DNA of 64,000 nt from Phoronis australis (lineage: Eukaryota; Animalia; Phoronida): assembly GCA_002633005.1 (NCBI GenBank), contig NMRA01000163.1, forward strand, positions 710,884-774,883, in the 5' to 3' direction. The stretch's first letter is position 1; every line of letters begins with the position of its first letter. Shown piece after piece: positions 50,836 to 64,000 of the stretch. The position numbers were made by a program, and so were the translations under genes. Below the pieces are notes generated by a model. The model had not been told where the DNA came from. It made no database searches and worked only from the letters and a program-made list of their open reading frames with translations.

Positions 50836-51879
50836 TTTATGTGAGTTTTTGTAGTTTCGCAATATGATGGTGATGTTTGAAATAAAAAATTGAAACTTGT
50901 TTGGAATGGCGTCTCAATTTCTTGTTTCTGAGGTTACATGTTTTTGTTACCCTCGTCATTCTTAATGTTATTGATGGAAAATCTGCGATTCCATGCATGA
51001 TGCGCAGATCCAATTGGGTACAATGGTATAAACATTAACATTGCGAGTATTTTATTTTAAATTCTGAATCCACCCAATCGCTGCTGTATTTTGACACAGG
51101 GTGTATGATACAATGGTTTAAATTTTGAGACAATTTTGAGTGTCAAAATGTACACAATTAATTTTCCACTTAGGATAAACACTCAGAGTATCACTGAGGT
51201 ATCACCAGCAGTCTTACAGATTCATTTGTGACGGCGCAAACATGAATATACGCTAACAAAGACATTTTTTCAATTTTCATAAAGCGTGTATACATTGTAC
51301 ATGTTCTTGGTTGAAGTAGACAATTACAGCCAGTTTTAGGAACTGTCTATCCAAGCACATGGTAATCATTGGCCAGCAGTGTTTCAGTGAAATTCATTGG
51401 CGGATTTATGAGGGTGGGTCTTTTCACGACCTTATAATGACCGTTTAAGCAACGCGTGGGTCACATGTTTACAAAGCTTTACGTTACCAATATTCTAAAA
51501 CCTCGATAGTATTTAAAATTTCAAATTTTCTTCTGAAAAGTTACCGGCTTCCCTGAGGACACCGTGCTTTTGTTTACATATCGTTCAATATGGCGGACCG
51601 CGTGTCACGCGCTGTCTGGCTTGCGAGTACAGTCGTGTCACCTCTATGTATATAGCTCATTGGTCAGCCCCTCGAGCTGGAAACTCTCTCGCGCTGGCGT
51701 AAGATTTAATTCTAACCACAGTGGAAAAATCAGCCGGGATCACCTTTTCAATGTTGTGGCAATTTCAATGTTGAAAAGTGACCCAAGGCATCCATGACGA
51801 TCCTTCCTCTCGTGAAAAAGTGACCCTCGGCAGAGGCCCTCGGCTTTGAAGTTTGTTGGAAGGTGTTTTACACAGGGGC

Positions 51880-53095
51880 CGTGAATAATACGCTTACAAG
51901 GAAGTCACGCATTTCTAAAGATATATATGCGGAAATTTTCACCGCTCCTCCTGAGCGGCTTGTATCAGGATCAAAGAGAGCGAGGCGCCGGAATCAGGTA
52001 CCGGTACAATTGTGATGACCGCATTGCCCGATGCGAGCAAGACCCAATTAAATGTAATTATCCGACCATAAACTGTATTAAACATCTCTGACTGTACATA
52101 ATGGAGAACTTTCGAAATGCATTAACCACTAATTTTCGTTATAGACGAACACCACGGAGGTATTCAGCTGGAAAAAAACAACCAGGTAGGGTTTTCGATT
52201 TTCAAAAATCGATGACATAATAATCCAAACCTACAACCATAAACTACCGCGCGTTTTGATATAGGCCTACGCGGTGGATATATAAACGCTGATCAGAGTT
52301 AACAATATCACAGGGATTCATTTTTTTAATATTCTTTCAATCTCGTTTAACCAAATTTATGACCAGGAAACAATTGTACTTAACTTGTGCCCACTTTTCA
52401 TTTTTTATTAATGACAAAGAGCTAGTCAGAATAGTTATTTAGTCAGTGCCACCGAAAATGTCCGGAGATTCCAAATTTTGAGTTTGGTTATTACCATATT
52501 TTCACTTTTTTATTTATTTTATGATTTGGGTTCTAATAAAGATTAAACTTTAAGGACACGTGAATTGTTTAGGGTACCTGTAATGTGGTAAGTTTAGGGA
52601 TGGGCTCACAAAGAACTTAATTAATTAAGTTTAGCTGGCGATCAAAACCTACCACTGTTTTGATACTTCAAGTTTAAAGCTTAGATAAAAAAGTTATCAG
52701 CGCGTACCCGGTAAGAAAAAAAACAAGTGGGCAGAAGCATTAAAAATTAAATAAAGAAAACCAATACGAAACTTGTCGTTCCTTTAGAAGGTGGCCCTTT
52801 AATTGTGAAGAAAAACACAAGTTAAACTTTTTATTCATTTTGTAATGTTTATAATGTACCAAGTTAAAACTACTTTCCAGATTTGCAGGCTATAACTCTG
52901 CAAATGTCAAATAAAACCAAATTGGGGATACTAACAACAACCATTGTTGAGACAATAATGCCAGCAATTAACTTTCCAGTTCATTCGCTCAGATCTACAT
53001 CAATGCAAAGGGCGTGCTGAATAGGCATCGGAAAACTTGTCTGGGGCTTAGGGAGTCATAGCAGTCACAATTGTAAGCGAGAAATTCTTCACGTA
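51880..53095. repeat. Inverted, diverged copy of 31655-32790
   Basis: Colinear reverse-complement blocks over the whole length. Confidence 0.85.
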
Positions 53096-53289
53096 TTAGT
53101 TTTTCATGAGTAGGCGAAGGTGTGTGTAGGCCTATAAGACATGTATCATCAGCATACATGATTGTTTCAAGAGAAGTGAATTTGTGGAGGTCATTTACGA
53201 AAGAAAAACGAGGGGACCAAGAATAGATGCTTGGTGTACGCTTGTGATGATTTTTGGAGCGTGAGTTGACTGACTGCCGGCTCTCGATA

Positions 53290-54090
53290 ATTTCTTGAAG
53301 AATAAATGCTCGACTCCAGTTATACCCTAAAATGAAAGTTTATCTAGCAAGATACTGTGGTCTATTGCGTCAAAGGATTATGTAAACTCGAAAAAGATGG
53401 TTGTTGAGTTTATCCCCTTGCCCAGATATCCGTTAATTCTGTCACCTACTGTTTATTAGAAATTCAATTGATCGTATTTTTTGATAACCATATCGATGTT
53501 CATATATAGATTGTAGTAACAGGTAGTCATAAAGCTGGCCATAGGCATTTTTTTCAAATAATATTGAGAAGGCAGGAAGTAGAGAGATAGGCCTAGTAAG
53601 CCATTTCTTTTGTATATAGGCATAGTCTTGACAATTAATTTTTAAATCAGTTGGAAAACAACCTGTCTCCAAACGTTGATTGATGATGATAGCCAGTGGT
53701 TTTATAACGAGCTGATCAATCAGTTTTATAAGTATGGTAGAAATGTTGTCGAATCCTGTGCTAAGTTTTGTTGTGCTATTTCCTAGGGAATTTAAAACAT
53801 AGTTTTTATTTACTGCTTGAAATTTAAATTTTGTTTGCTTCAATAAAAAGAGTAAAATTTAGGATGAATGTGGATTGGTAATTGCTTAACAATAATGATG
53901 GGCCAATATGTATTAAGAAGTTGTTGAATTCATGAGCTATTGATGTTTTATCAATTTACTTTTGTTTGTTTTGTCATATATTCTGGTGATTTGGTAGACT
54001 TGTTGTTTGTATTAAAATACGCTTGATCACATTCCATGTCTTGTTGGGATCTTGCTTATTGAGTTCTTTGTGAAAATAAAGTTTTTTGAA
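53290..54090 (-). mobile_element. CR1/L2/Jockey-group LINE reverse transcriptase remnant
   Basis: DPNKTWNVIK...IAHEFNNF...IG, KLSTGFDNISTILIK, KPLAIIINQ.LETG.FP..LK, RPISLLPAFS.LFEK and FDAIDHSILLDKL, with frameshifts. Confidence 0.88.
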
Positions 54091-54564
54091 GTTTGAATAA
54101 AAATTCAAAGTTTTACTATAGGTACAACGCCCGAATTTCATTAATATTTGTTAAGTATTTGATACTACAACATGATGAGGTGTGCGACTGAAAAAATCGT
54201 CTGTGTTCGGTTAAAACATACCATGTGTATCCTATATATTGTATGTAGTGACCAGTTGCAATTCAATAAACTCCGTACTTCCAGTCAAGCGGAGTGACTA
54301 CACGGTCCCCACATATTGACAACATGGCCGCAAGGCGCATGTCGTGCAATATATAGGCTAGGACGGCCTACGCCAGTTCTAAATCTTTATCTAGTCACAT
54401 GATTCAAAACAAGCTAAAGTTTGTCTAGTTTTTGTCTATTGATAAATTATTTTCGATGGATATACCGGTGTGGAAAAACAAATGAGAAAAATCGTAAAAT
54501 GCCGTTCAAAACTAGTTCTGATTTTTCTGTCCTAACGTTGAGGATGAGGAAACGCATTGATTTG

Positions 54565-54572
54565 TGAGTGTT

Positions 54573-54603
<31 letters not shown>

Positions 54604-54608
54604 GGGTG
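54565..54608. repeat. (GT)n microsatellite
   Basis: Directly visible. Confidence 0.95.
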
Positions 54609-56587
54609 TATGTTTCGTCCTCAAAACAGTACAGCGCGTTCGACATAGACGGGTAAACTGAACCGTTGGCATCACTATGAAAAAGTATGACCCTGAATTG
54701 AAAGTTAGAAATATTTTTGATCCATTTTAGTTTGATATGTGAAGAAGCGCTACTAATCGTTATCCAACATAGGTTTTCAAGAGTTTCCAAAACTACTCAT
54801 AATTAACACCGGGTTGGTATTGAAATTTCAGTCGCCGTAACAGCAGAAATGGTGCCACATTAGATATTGGCGTACATACAATGTATAGACAATGTACCGA
54901 GTTTTGCTCACGGTCATGTGTTTTCACTGACTAAGCTAAGTGGCAGGGCCAAGGGTTTCTCTTTACTGATGTACAATGAGGTGAATAACACGGGCACATT
55001 GTAGGAGCTGCAGACACCTACATGTGCGGTATTGTACTTCAATGACTGAATAAAAACCACCAGTCTTCGTTTTTTTGAAACATAACAAACTTATGCCTGA
55101 TCAATGATCGGCTCAAACCGGTCAGTATGCCTACGGCCCGGCGAGAGCGCGGGCAAGTCGATAGTTGAAAATGAAAAGGTGAACACTTTTCCGCCGGGAT
55201 TTTGAAAAGTACCGCCAAGCAGAAAGTCTACGAAACAGTAACCCAAAAGCGGCACGTTTTAAGCCAGTAACGAGTACTCCCGGCAGAGACTCGGTGAAAC
55301 CGCATTTGCCGCGGCCCAAACAGCTTGCAGGTGTAGCTAGAATTCTCATTATTGATATAGCTAGGCCTACTTATTTCACTTATGGCCAACTTGAACCTCA
55401 GGGTCTATACATGTATAGGCTAGGCCTATTTAGAATTCTCATTTTTAGCGTTGCAAGTCACTTCCTTTTTCACATATCGAGAAAATACAACCTATTACAC
55501 GTAATACGCCCGTTTGAGCATCGCGTCCGCGGCGTTCAAGGTCTAGCCGTCACCGTGACTCGGCCCGATACCCCGGGGCCTACCGCGGCCTCCGCGTTGT
55601 GACTGGCCTTCAGTCAGTTCGAGCCTGCCACTACTAGTGGACCACCCACTTCATTGTTTCGATACGCCCGGCGTGATTGTGTGAAGATTAAGCTAATGCA
55701 TCGTGTTCCTTTGATCTCAGAACAAATTGCTGCGAATACGAATTCGTGTTGGCAAACAATCAACACGTCAACCACTGGCGCTTTGTTGAACTCAGTATGA
55801 AACGGAGTTCAGCGGGTGGTACGTCACTCAGTTCGCGAACCACTACGTCAAATTGTATGGTGTCTTTAGATGGACAATGCAGTGGCAAGTAGTACCAATG
55901 GCAAAATTGGTTTAAGTCTGTCGCATTTTGGTTGACTTTATGCCGTTGAATGGATTGCTGAAAGAAATGGTTTATTTTAGAATCGTTTAAACGTTGCACG
56001 GTTTCAGTCATTCAGGGGTACAAGGGAAACGCACGAAAAAACGCCTTCGGTACATATGGTGGCAAACAAGAACACGTTAACCTACTTCGGTAATAAACAA
56101 GTGTTATCTGGCACGCTTAAGACTTTAGAATATGTAACAAGAAAGTATTTTAGATAGAATATCCCAGTAAGGATTCATTTGTCTGCTTTAGACACCGTCT
56201 CTATTGTTCATCAAAAAGAAAACGCTACGATATATTTGAAATATAAATAGATTTAAATTACATGTACGTAGTTTTCTTAAATAGCGGAGGGATATTTACA
56301 TAAGAATGTTTTAAGGTTTTTCGCACAATCCTATTCCAATTTTGCACACATTAAGATTATTAAAATCTATATGCGACCGTATATCGTTGTAACTGAAAAA
56401 TTTGTTCTTAATTTATTGTACTCGGAAAATTGATTAAGAACTATTTTTCTGAGAGCCTTAATACTGTAAACTGTTCTTCGCCTGTAGAGTCGCGGTCATT
56501 GTTCGGCAGCAGGGAAGTTCTGCTGTTTCTCAAGACTGCGCTTTAATTTTTGTTTTTCTTTGTCAATAGTATTTTAGAAACGTTAAC

Positions 56588-56699
56588 ATGGTCACGGTGA
56601 ACAAGAATTCAGAGGATATTGGAAATGGTCGAAGATCTAGAGGAGCAAGTCCTTCGAACGGCTATTCTGACGACAGCAGCGCCTCCGATCCCGAACCTG
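56588..56699 (+). CDS. RCOR: REST corepressor (CoREST/RCOR) exon 1
   Basis: MVTVNKNSEDIGNGRRSRGASPSNGYSDDSSASDPEP|GTAAGT. NGRRSRG.SP resembles the Drosophila CoREST N-terminus. 112 nt, phase 1. Not in the ORF track. Confidence 0.85.
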
Positions 56700-56794
56700 G
56701 TAAGTTTACCTGCAGTCCAAGAAATAGGAGTGTTAAAGTGAAGTGACTGTCTTCGATTCACAGTTCTGGGTATCCTTTTATTTTTGTTTTTCAG

Positions 56795-56851
56795 AGGGAC
56801 AAATGCAAGTTGGTTCGGATTATCAAGCTGTAATTCCGCCATTCAATCCAA
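56795..56851 (+). CDS. RCOR: CoREST/RCOR exon 2 (start of ELM2 domain); later exons not found in the window
   Basis: (E)GQMQVGSDYQAVIPPFNP vs RCOR1 GMRVGPQYQAVVPDFDP. TTTTCAG acceptor, GTAAGT donor, phase 1 to 1. Confidence 0.88.
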
Positions 56852-57892
56852 GTAAGTTTGCTCGACTTCCAACAGATGGCGATTGTAATGTCAAGCCGTG
56901 ACTTTTGTTTCTGCCACTGAGTGGTTGTGTTGATCCCTCAGTGACAAGTGATCACAATGTTGATGTGGTTTTCACTGCATTAAGATCAATGATTTTCTGT
57001 TTGGGAAAAAGCAATTGACCATTTTTACCAATAACACATGTTTCGTTTTTGCTTTATATATGTTTATTAGTGTTTACTTGTTGTTTTTGTCAGGTAATAT
57101 TGCAACCCTTTCTCAGTGTTGCACATAGACATGCCAATATTTTATGTGCTATCAGGTATCAAAACTAATGCCAAGTGACCAATACATAATGCAGCTTTAA
57201 GTTGCCCCCTCCCCGCTTTTATTAGGTGACAACTTTTGAAAACCAAATTTCTGTTTGGCTCCATATTCAATAGGATTGTCCTTGTTACATACCACTCCCC
57301 TGGACTCTTTAAAGCCAAGAAATTTCCAACATCACGATCTGATCTGGTATTACATTAGATAAAAAGCCTATTGTGTTGGNGACTCTTTAAAGCCAAGAAA
57401 TTTCCAACATCACGATCTGATCTGGTATCACATTAGATAAAAAGCCTATTGTGTTGTGGTAGTTACAGGGTCAGAGCTTACATTCACACGAAGGAATCAG
57501 CAGTTAGATGTTAAAGTCTAATTTCTCTGTAAGTCAACCGTTTTTCTCCTTTCAAAGTTTTTTTGGTGATAGTATTTCATACAAAACACATCTTCTTCAC
57601 GACATTTGCTGAACGTCATGTGGATATGGTATTTTTAAATATTGGATAGCGCCGGGCGCACTGTTTACACGAGTCATAAAGTCATAATTACTGGGTTATG
57701 TGAGCTTATCAGATGAATGCGGACAATGATTGCTGACTTTTTCCCCTTGCTATCACTGTCACATTTCTTGTCTGCTTTTAAAAATTAAAAAAACTGACCA
57801 CAACAAACTGTTCAACTGTGCTATTTAAAACTTTCAAAACGAAAATGTAAACAATAATTTTATCACCCCAGTGTGTTTATGATGGATCTAAT

Positions 57893-58003
57893 NNNNNNNN
57901 NNNNNNNNNNNNNNNNNNNNNNNNNNNNNNNNNNNNNNNNNNNNNNNNNNNNNNNNNNNNNNNNNNNNNNNNNNNNNNNNNNNNNNNNNNNNNNNNNNNN
58001 NNN
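57893..58003. other. Assembly gap (N run)
   Basis: Run of N. Confidence 1.
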
Positions 58004-60831
58004 CTGACTGGACAGCCTGAAAACTGTGGCTAGCCTGCAAAGTAATCCCTTCAATATATTCCTCTCACTATAGGGTCTAGGAATTTGCAAAAGAAAAATG
58101 TACATTAGCCCAAAAGTGGTATGCTGATAATGTTTTGAGTGGCATCTAACGTAGCCTTAAAAGGGGACTGTAGTCAAAATAATGTTGCAGTTAATTGGTT
58201 CTAACATACAAATAAAACTCATATTTGCCTTTCTTGCGTGCCAAACAAAAGCCGATTCGTATTCATAGTTAAATAACTGAATTCTGAAAGCGATCGCTGA
58301 TTGGCTGATGTGTCAGTGACGTGAATGGCGGGGTATAGACATCCATTGCTTATGTCATATTTTGAAGAGTTTACATCGTAATTTATCATTGTATCAATCG
58401 TCCTTATTTTTTACTGTTTGCCACAGTGCTGTAAAAGGTTCGCTATGCCTTTTTGTATGGCACCTGCTTGCTCAAAACGAAAAAGGTGTCTTCTAAAGGG
58501 ATGGTCATCGCATACCATCGTCGGGTTACCAAAGCCTTGGCCCAAAGTTATATACTAAATATAGGCCTACAGGTTTTCAAGAGCCGATATGGGTAAAAAT
58601 GGACAAATAAAGTCTGACTTAATGTCATTAAAACTAAACTCATCCGTGAGTAAACATAGGAACCAGGTTCCTAGAGTAAACTAACTTCTGTATTTACCGG
58701 TGTTGGAAAAGTTAGCGATTGCTTATCGGCTGCTAAAATTGTGATGTGTTCTCTTGAGTTAGTTTTTTGCGATTACGTCACCTAACCTTTACCAGTTTCT
58801 TTTTCCCCCGATTCTTTTATCAAGTGTTCGTCGCTGACGGTACCTACTCGGTGATAGCCGTGTCGCGGATCTGGACGGCGGGGACTGGTTTAGATTTTGG
58901 CGTCAAAATCCAATATCGCAGTGTCTAGGTCTATGTGACTTTTTCACTAGTTCGCACCTTTCATTAAATTGCCCGCTATTCGGTCCAGTCCTAGTCGGCA
59001 ACCCGCACGGACGACAGCGAATAGACGAATTTGTTATTCGGTTGCCATGGCCATTCGCGTGGACGTCCCTTCACTTTTGCATGATTGGGTTTGAACTTGA
59101 AGAGGGTGGAGGCATTTTCATAACCGGTAAACGCCGCACGCGAACGCTTTTTATATCCGTGGACCATAATTTGCCGGGGATCTGTACTTTAGTGGCGTCG
59201 GTGACCGAATGCTTATCATACGCTAACAGGATTTGCACGCAAGTGGACGAGAAAGCACGCACCCCAAAATATCCAGCGAAGTACTCGGCACATCAAAGAC
59301 TTGATGGCGCTGTCACGGATTGAAGTGAGCTAGTCGCTATATTCAACTCGCTTGTTTAACGTACGAGTTTCAAACTCAAAAAAGAACAATAAGTAAGGCA
59401 AACGACCAACATGGCACTTTTTAAAAATTGAGAAGTAGGCCTAGCTAAGTAACAGCATATATTTCAAAATGGATGCATTTTAACAGAAATTACTGAATAG
59501 TCTTCAGAATTATGGACTAAACACCGATTAGTTTGCCAAATTGATTAGGACGGGTTAGTCATTGTCTGGCTTAGACTCGCTTAGACATTGGGGTAACAAA
59601 ACCCCAAAAGTTAGCAAAGGATTCGTCTCTTGAAATTTGTCTAAATTTGTGAAATAATTGGGGTGCCACTTCAGGGAAAATCGGATGTGAATGGGAGAAT
59701 TGGTGGCGGCAAAACGGGTGAAGGTGAATGTGGCAATCATCCCGGCCGGGGTGGGAATTGATGGCAATGAGTACCCCTTTCACCTCCGGCATGGTCTTTG
59801 AAGTATCTGGCTACCCCGTGCTATTGATCAGTCGGCCTCTACTAGTTAACCTTCATATACATCCATGGATCAGATAATCTTTTAGTTTTAAGAACTCAAT
59901 ATGTAAATTAGCAGGTTGTAGATCTCGGCAAAAGCCCGAGATAAAAAAAACTCCACCAGCATTTGCATCCATAAAAAAAGCATTTGCACTTGTATTTCTA
60001 ACAGGTTAAAGAACAGTGTTATTTGCTTCACAAAGAGGAACTTGAATGTCAAACAGCATGTATCTGCCTTGGGTATATACATCTCATGCTATATTTGAAG
60101 AATATGGTACCCTAAGTATCAATTATTTTTGAAAAGTTCATGACATATCTTGTGGCATGTTAATAGTTTAAAGTGGCTATCAACATGCCTTCCCTCACAA
60201 AAAAAATAGATTTAGACCACTTTGTCTTACAACTCTGAATTTCAGGTCTCAAACTGTTTCTTAGTCAAACTAGAGGTGACTTAAGAGTTTGAAAGAACTC
60301 AGTGACCACTTGTTGTTGCTTAAGACCAGAGTCTGCATGTTGACTTGTCAGTGCTGGTCGTTTTATGTGCTAAGCATAGGCTGAAGCCCAGAAGTCACTT
60401 CTGATGTGAGTACAACTTGAGACCAATTTTATAGTTAGTTGTGTCAAAACTATATACATGTTCTGGTCAAATTTGTTCATACTAACTCTAATCACATATC
60501 TCATTTATTTTCAGATTGAAAAAGTACCTTCCTTGTTTTTAGCAAGTAAAAACAGAATTTTTCGAAAAGAATTTTTTACAAAAGTTGTAAATTCGAAAAT
60601 TTCAATGACCACTGGGTTACCATGGCACTTGTGTGATTTATACAGAAAAATGTCCAATTTATTTGAGTGAAAATGTGAACGGCAGGTACTGTAGGGAAAT
60701 TGCTAAACATTTTTGGTCAGTATGGAAAAATCCAAGCAAAACAAAAAATAACAAAGGACACACCTTTTATCACAGGTTTTATTGCATTTAGTTATTTGTC
60801 AAATAAACTGTAACTTGTTATCCTTTTTTAG

Positions 60832-61323
60832 ATGTCTCATTCTTCCATCCCAAATTCTCCTCTTTTTGAAGTGAAACAACAGCTATTGTCCGATTCAGGA
60901 TTTAGCTCCCCTGATCTATACAGCCGGACAACAATTGAGAACCAGTCCCTAGAGTACATTGACTTGCACTGCTTCGAAACCTTGGATTTCTCCCAAGATT
61001 CTCAGAACCATGCCCTGACAGACTTTACCTCTGACGGAAGTGAATTAGACTTGGAAGACCCATTGGGACTTGTCAACTGGGAAAATGAGCTTCCTGTTCA
61101 GCTGAGGCCCCGCCTTTCTAGGACCCCACCAGGATCACCTCAACTGTCGCAGTATTCCCATTGGTCCGATGTCCAGTCTCAAGAGGTGCCAGACAGTGGA
61201 GACAGTGACGTAGAAAGTTTACCAGACAGCCAAGGAACATATGAAGATTCAGACATTGAATACGCTCGAGACTTGGATTCTTGCAATGATGCTGTGGTGC
61301 CCAATGTGTGCCTCGAAGAGTAG
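60832..61323 (+). CDS. Putative 163-aa acidic Ser/Asp-rich protein of unknown function, nested in an RCOR intron
   Basis: Uninterrupted ORF starting right after a TTTTTAG acceptor, higher GC than its flanks, AATAAA at 61340. Not in frame with RCOR exon 2. Confidence 0.45.
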   Translation: MSHSSIPNSPLFEVKQQLLSDSGFSSPDLYSRTTIENQSLEYIDLHCFETLDFSQDSQNHALTDFTSDGSELDLEDPLGLVNWENELPVQLRPRLSRTPPGSPQLSQYSHWSDVQSQEVPDSGDSDVESLPDSQGTYEDSDIEYARDLDSCNDAVVPNVCLEE

Positions 61324-62060
61324 TTTGGGACATAAAAGTAATAAATTGTAAAACACGACTATAGGCATGCAATGGTGGACCAATCCAGAATCAGTTGTTA
61401 TTTTTTCCTAACACTGTTAATCTGAGTTTGTCTTCATTTATTTTATTTATTGAAGAACATTTGATGAAGAAGTACACCGTTCTTTGTAAATCTGGCAGCA
61501 ATTGTAATAGCACTATAATTTTACATTGGTGCTGATTTTCTTTTGGTGTCTGGTATTTAATTTAACAATTGTGAGCAGAGTATAACCATCAAAGCACTAA
61601 TCTCTACAACACATGGTAGCACCTCACCAGTTTGGGAAAACTAAAATTGCCCCATTCTCATTTTCAAAAGCTTCTAATGTAATTATGAAGGCCCATGTTT
61701 TCTCGAAACTCATGGTAGATACGGATTGAGCTATCCTAGAAACAACGAGAAAATGAAATTTCCCGTGTCAGCCACTGTGTCCAAAATTGGTGACAATTGA
61801 CCTTACTCTAGACTAGCAAATGAACAGCCTGTTTGGCCTGATTCAAAGAGAAAAATTCTCATGGCCATTAAAATGTTACTATTTGTCCAAGAGAGCTTTT
61901 CAAGCATGCCTTTGCTTAAGCAATAAATAGCTACAGGTGCTAGAAGTAGACTTTTGTCAATAAACTGAAAAATGAATCATGAGTGGGTAAATTAAGAAAA
62001 AAATCAGAACTTCACCTGTTGTACAATCTGTTTCCTGGAACATCTTTTAAAAGAATAATG

Positions 62061-62182
62061 TTTTGTTGTTGTTGTTATTGTTGTTATTGTTGCTCTTGTT
62101 GTTGTTGTTGTTGTTGTTATTCTTGTTGTTATTCTTGTTGTTGCTGTTGATACTTTTATTGTTGTAATCTTTGTCTTGTTAT
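62061..62182. repeat. (GTT)n/(ATT)n degenerate microsatellite
   Basis: Directly visible. Confidence 0.9.
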
Positions 62183-62602
62183 TCATTCATGTTGGTGTTT
62201 TCAAGATTGTATGAAAAGTTAGATAAAATATGCTTGTAAATATTCTGTCTGACCTACTAGATTATTTATGTAAATATGGGTTTTATTGTTATTATGACAT
62301 TTGATGTAAAAACTAATGGTTGTATTTTTGAAATTTTCCTATTAATTGTAACCAGTACCTATGATTTTATGTTCTTTGTTATAACTAGGTGTTAGTCAAT
62401 TTTGTACTCCTTTCTCCAGTTGTTTTTCCCCAAAATGCTCTTTTGTTCTTATTTAGTTACTAAACAAGGTTGGGCAGATAGCTTCGACTTTGTTGATTAA
62501 TATTCTTATATGTTTGATACAGTTTTTATCTTCCAAGGAAAAGTACAAATGTGTTTTGTAATTCTGCATTTTTCTATGCAGTGAAGTTTGTGCTAATTTA
62601 AA

Positions 62603-63551
62603 GGGATACTATAGGGCGATTTGTCCAATTTTATCAAAATTAATTCTGTTACCTTTCATATAAATGGTTCTTCCAATAGTTATAAAAGCGGGTATTCAGC
62701 CAAGCAAGCTTGCGTTGGTAGACCGAAGACATTAGCTTACAATTGCAGCAAAAAATATTTGCTTATGGAATGAAAACAGTGTATACTATTCCATAATTTA
62801 TGAATTCTATTCCATAATCTATGAATTCTATCCCATAATTCAACATTACAACCTCATCGACCAATCACTTCAGTGGCCGTCGTAGGTTGCACTAGTATGG
62901 TCTGGAGCATATTCCCGGAACATTCACTTTTCACCTGTCTGATTTATCGTGGTCTTGTTTGATTTCGCTTCTGCTGGCAAGAAACTTGGTCAACAGAAAG
63001 CACTTCTGAGTTAAAACAGCTCTTCTCTGTGTCACTTAAAGGGCTGTGATTCAAGATGCACGTTCTTTCCCTACAGCATCCAATTAATTAAGTGGCCCAA
63101 AGCGTTGGTAGCACTCCTGACTTGGCAAAACCTAAATAATTGGATAGTATACTGGACAACACCTCGATCTGCTTACAACGAACGGCCTAGTCTACTAGTG
63201 AACAACAGGACTTTGCATTGTGGAACAAATTTGGCGCGAAATTAGGTTTGATTGACACATTGCAAGAAAACAAGTTTCATGTGCTGGGAAGGACTTCCGA
63301 AAATGTAAGAGTAAGACGGAATATATTTGAAATTCTCACCTATTTGGCCATGAATGAATGCATATCTAAGAAAACAACGGAATTTATTGTAAAAGAGATA
63401 CACGTATCATTAAGGAATTTTCAATTCTGTTCCAGACTGGGGGATCAAAAGAGCCACAGTACATTATTTGTGTTTTCCAATGATTTAGGTGATCTAGTTG
63501 TAATCAATATCTGCTAAAGCAAGGTTTAATAAAACAAGGTTTGGTATCCTT
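62603..63551. mobile_element. Possible TTAA-flanked non-autonomous DNA transposon
   Basis: Left TTAA-AGGGATACTATAG, right GGTATCCTT-TTAA; only short TIRs. Confidence 0.35.
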
Positions 63552-64000
63552 TTAAGTGAAGATCTGTATCACTTGGATGTGAGTTGTTGTTTGTACTTGT
63601 TACTGTGGTCATCGTATTTTATTATCTGATGATCTGTGATAGTTCTGATTGTTGTTGCTCTTGTTATTGGTTTTATAACAAATAAAACGAACATTTCACG
63701 TAATTAACACTTCAGTTGTATCTGGGCCGATAACTTGTCTTATCAGTGCTTATCTGCAGTTCGTGAATAGTCCTTGCTTATTTAATGGTAGGAAAACCCT
63801 GAGGGAAAGACTATGACGTCTGATCTACGACTTCAATTTTTAAACGATATACATCATGTCTGGTTCTTTTTGGGGACATCAAAATGTCATGACGTCACGT
63901 TTTCTCAGAACGCCAGTGTTGCAACGAAGACTGAATTGACCAAAAACGCATTCGTTCATTATACAATTGGTCGTATTTCTGTACCTGCCCACATATGTTA

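Noticed and set aside
55760-56011. 83-aa minus-strand ORF head-to-head with RCOR
   Set aside because: No recognisable motif or convincing splice donor; cannot be supported as a gene without a search.
56625-56699. Alternative frame MVEDLEEQVLRT... for RCOR exon 1
   Set aside because: Its phase does not lead into the ELM2 frame of exon 2, whereas the frame from ATG 56588 does and matches CoREST.
57303-57456. Near-perfect 76-bp tandem duplication
   Set aside because: The copies are separated by a single N, which points to an unmerged contig overlap (assembly artefact).
62888-62942. ALVWSG peptide resembling the RCOR ELM2 LVWSP motif
   Set aside because: Followed by unrelated residues and a stop, lacks a suitable acceptor, and lies in a probable transposon.

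Overview
AT-rich, intron-containing, repeat-rich metazoan genomic DNA, probably from an invertebrate bilaterian; the taxon cannot be fixed from sequence alone. Three host genes can be rebuilt exon by exon. (1) A BCR/ABR-like RhoGEF gene on the minus strand: the exon encoding the Bcr oligomerisation domain at 15.8-16.5 kb, plus DH-domain exons running off the left edge. (2) A complete three-exon SNAP29 on the minus strand (222 aa). (3) The first two exons of a CoREST/RCOR gene on the plus strand. The rest is a dense set of mobile elements: L1/Tx1 and CR1/L2 LINE remnants, two Penelope-like remnants with hammerhead ribozyme motifs, Tc2-, hAT- and TTAA-type MITEs, and a DIRS-like element with interleaved inverted repeats. 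Two items stand out. A Helentron-type non-autonomous element in SNAP29 intron 2 carries a 451-bp higher-order repeat with 12 co-oriented CTCF-consensus motifs about every 150 bp. A cluster of three TTAA-flanked Kolobok-like elements shares a 1.3-1.5 kb arm but carries different spliced cargo behind it: a decayed KolX-like exon in one and a decayed SGNH esterase gene in another. All family assignments come from motif recognition by eye, not database searches.
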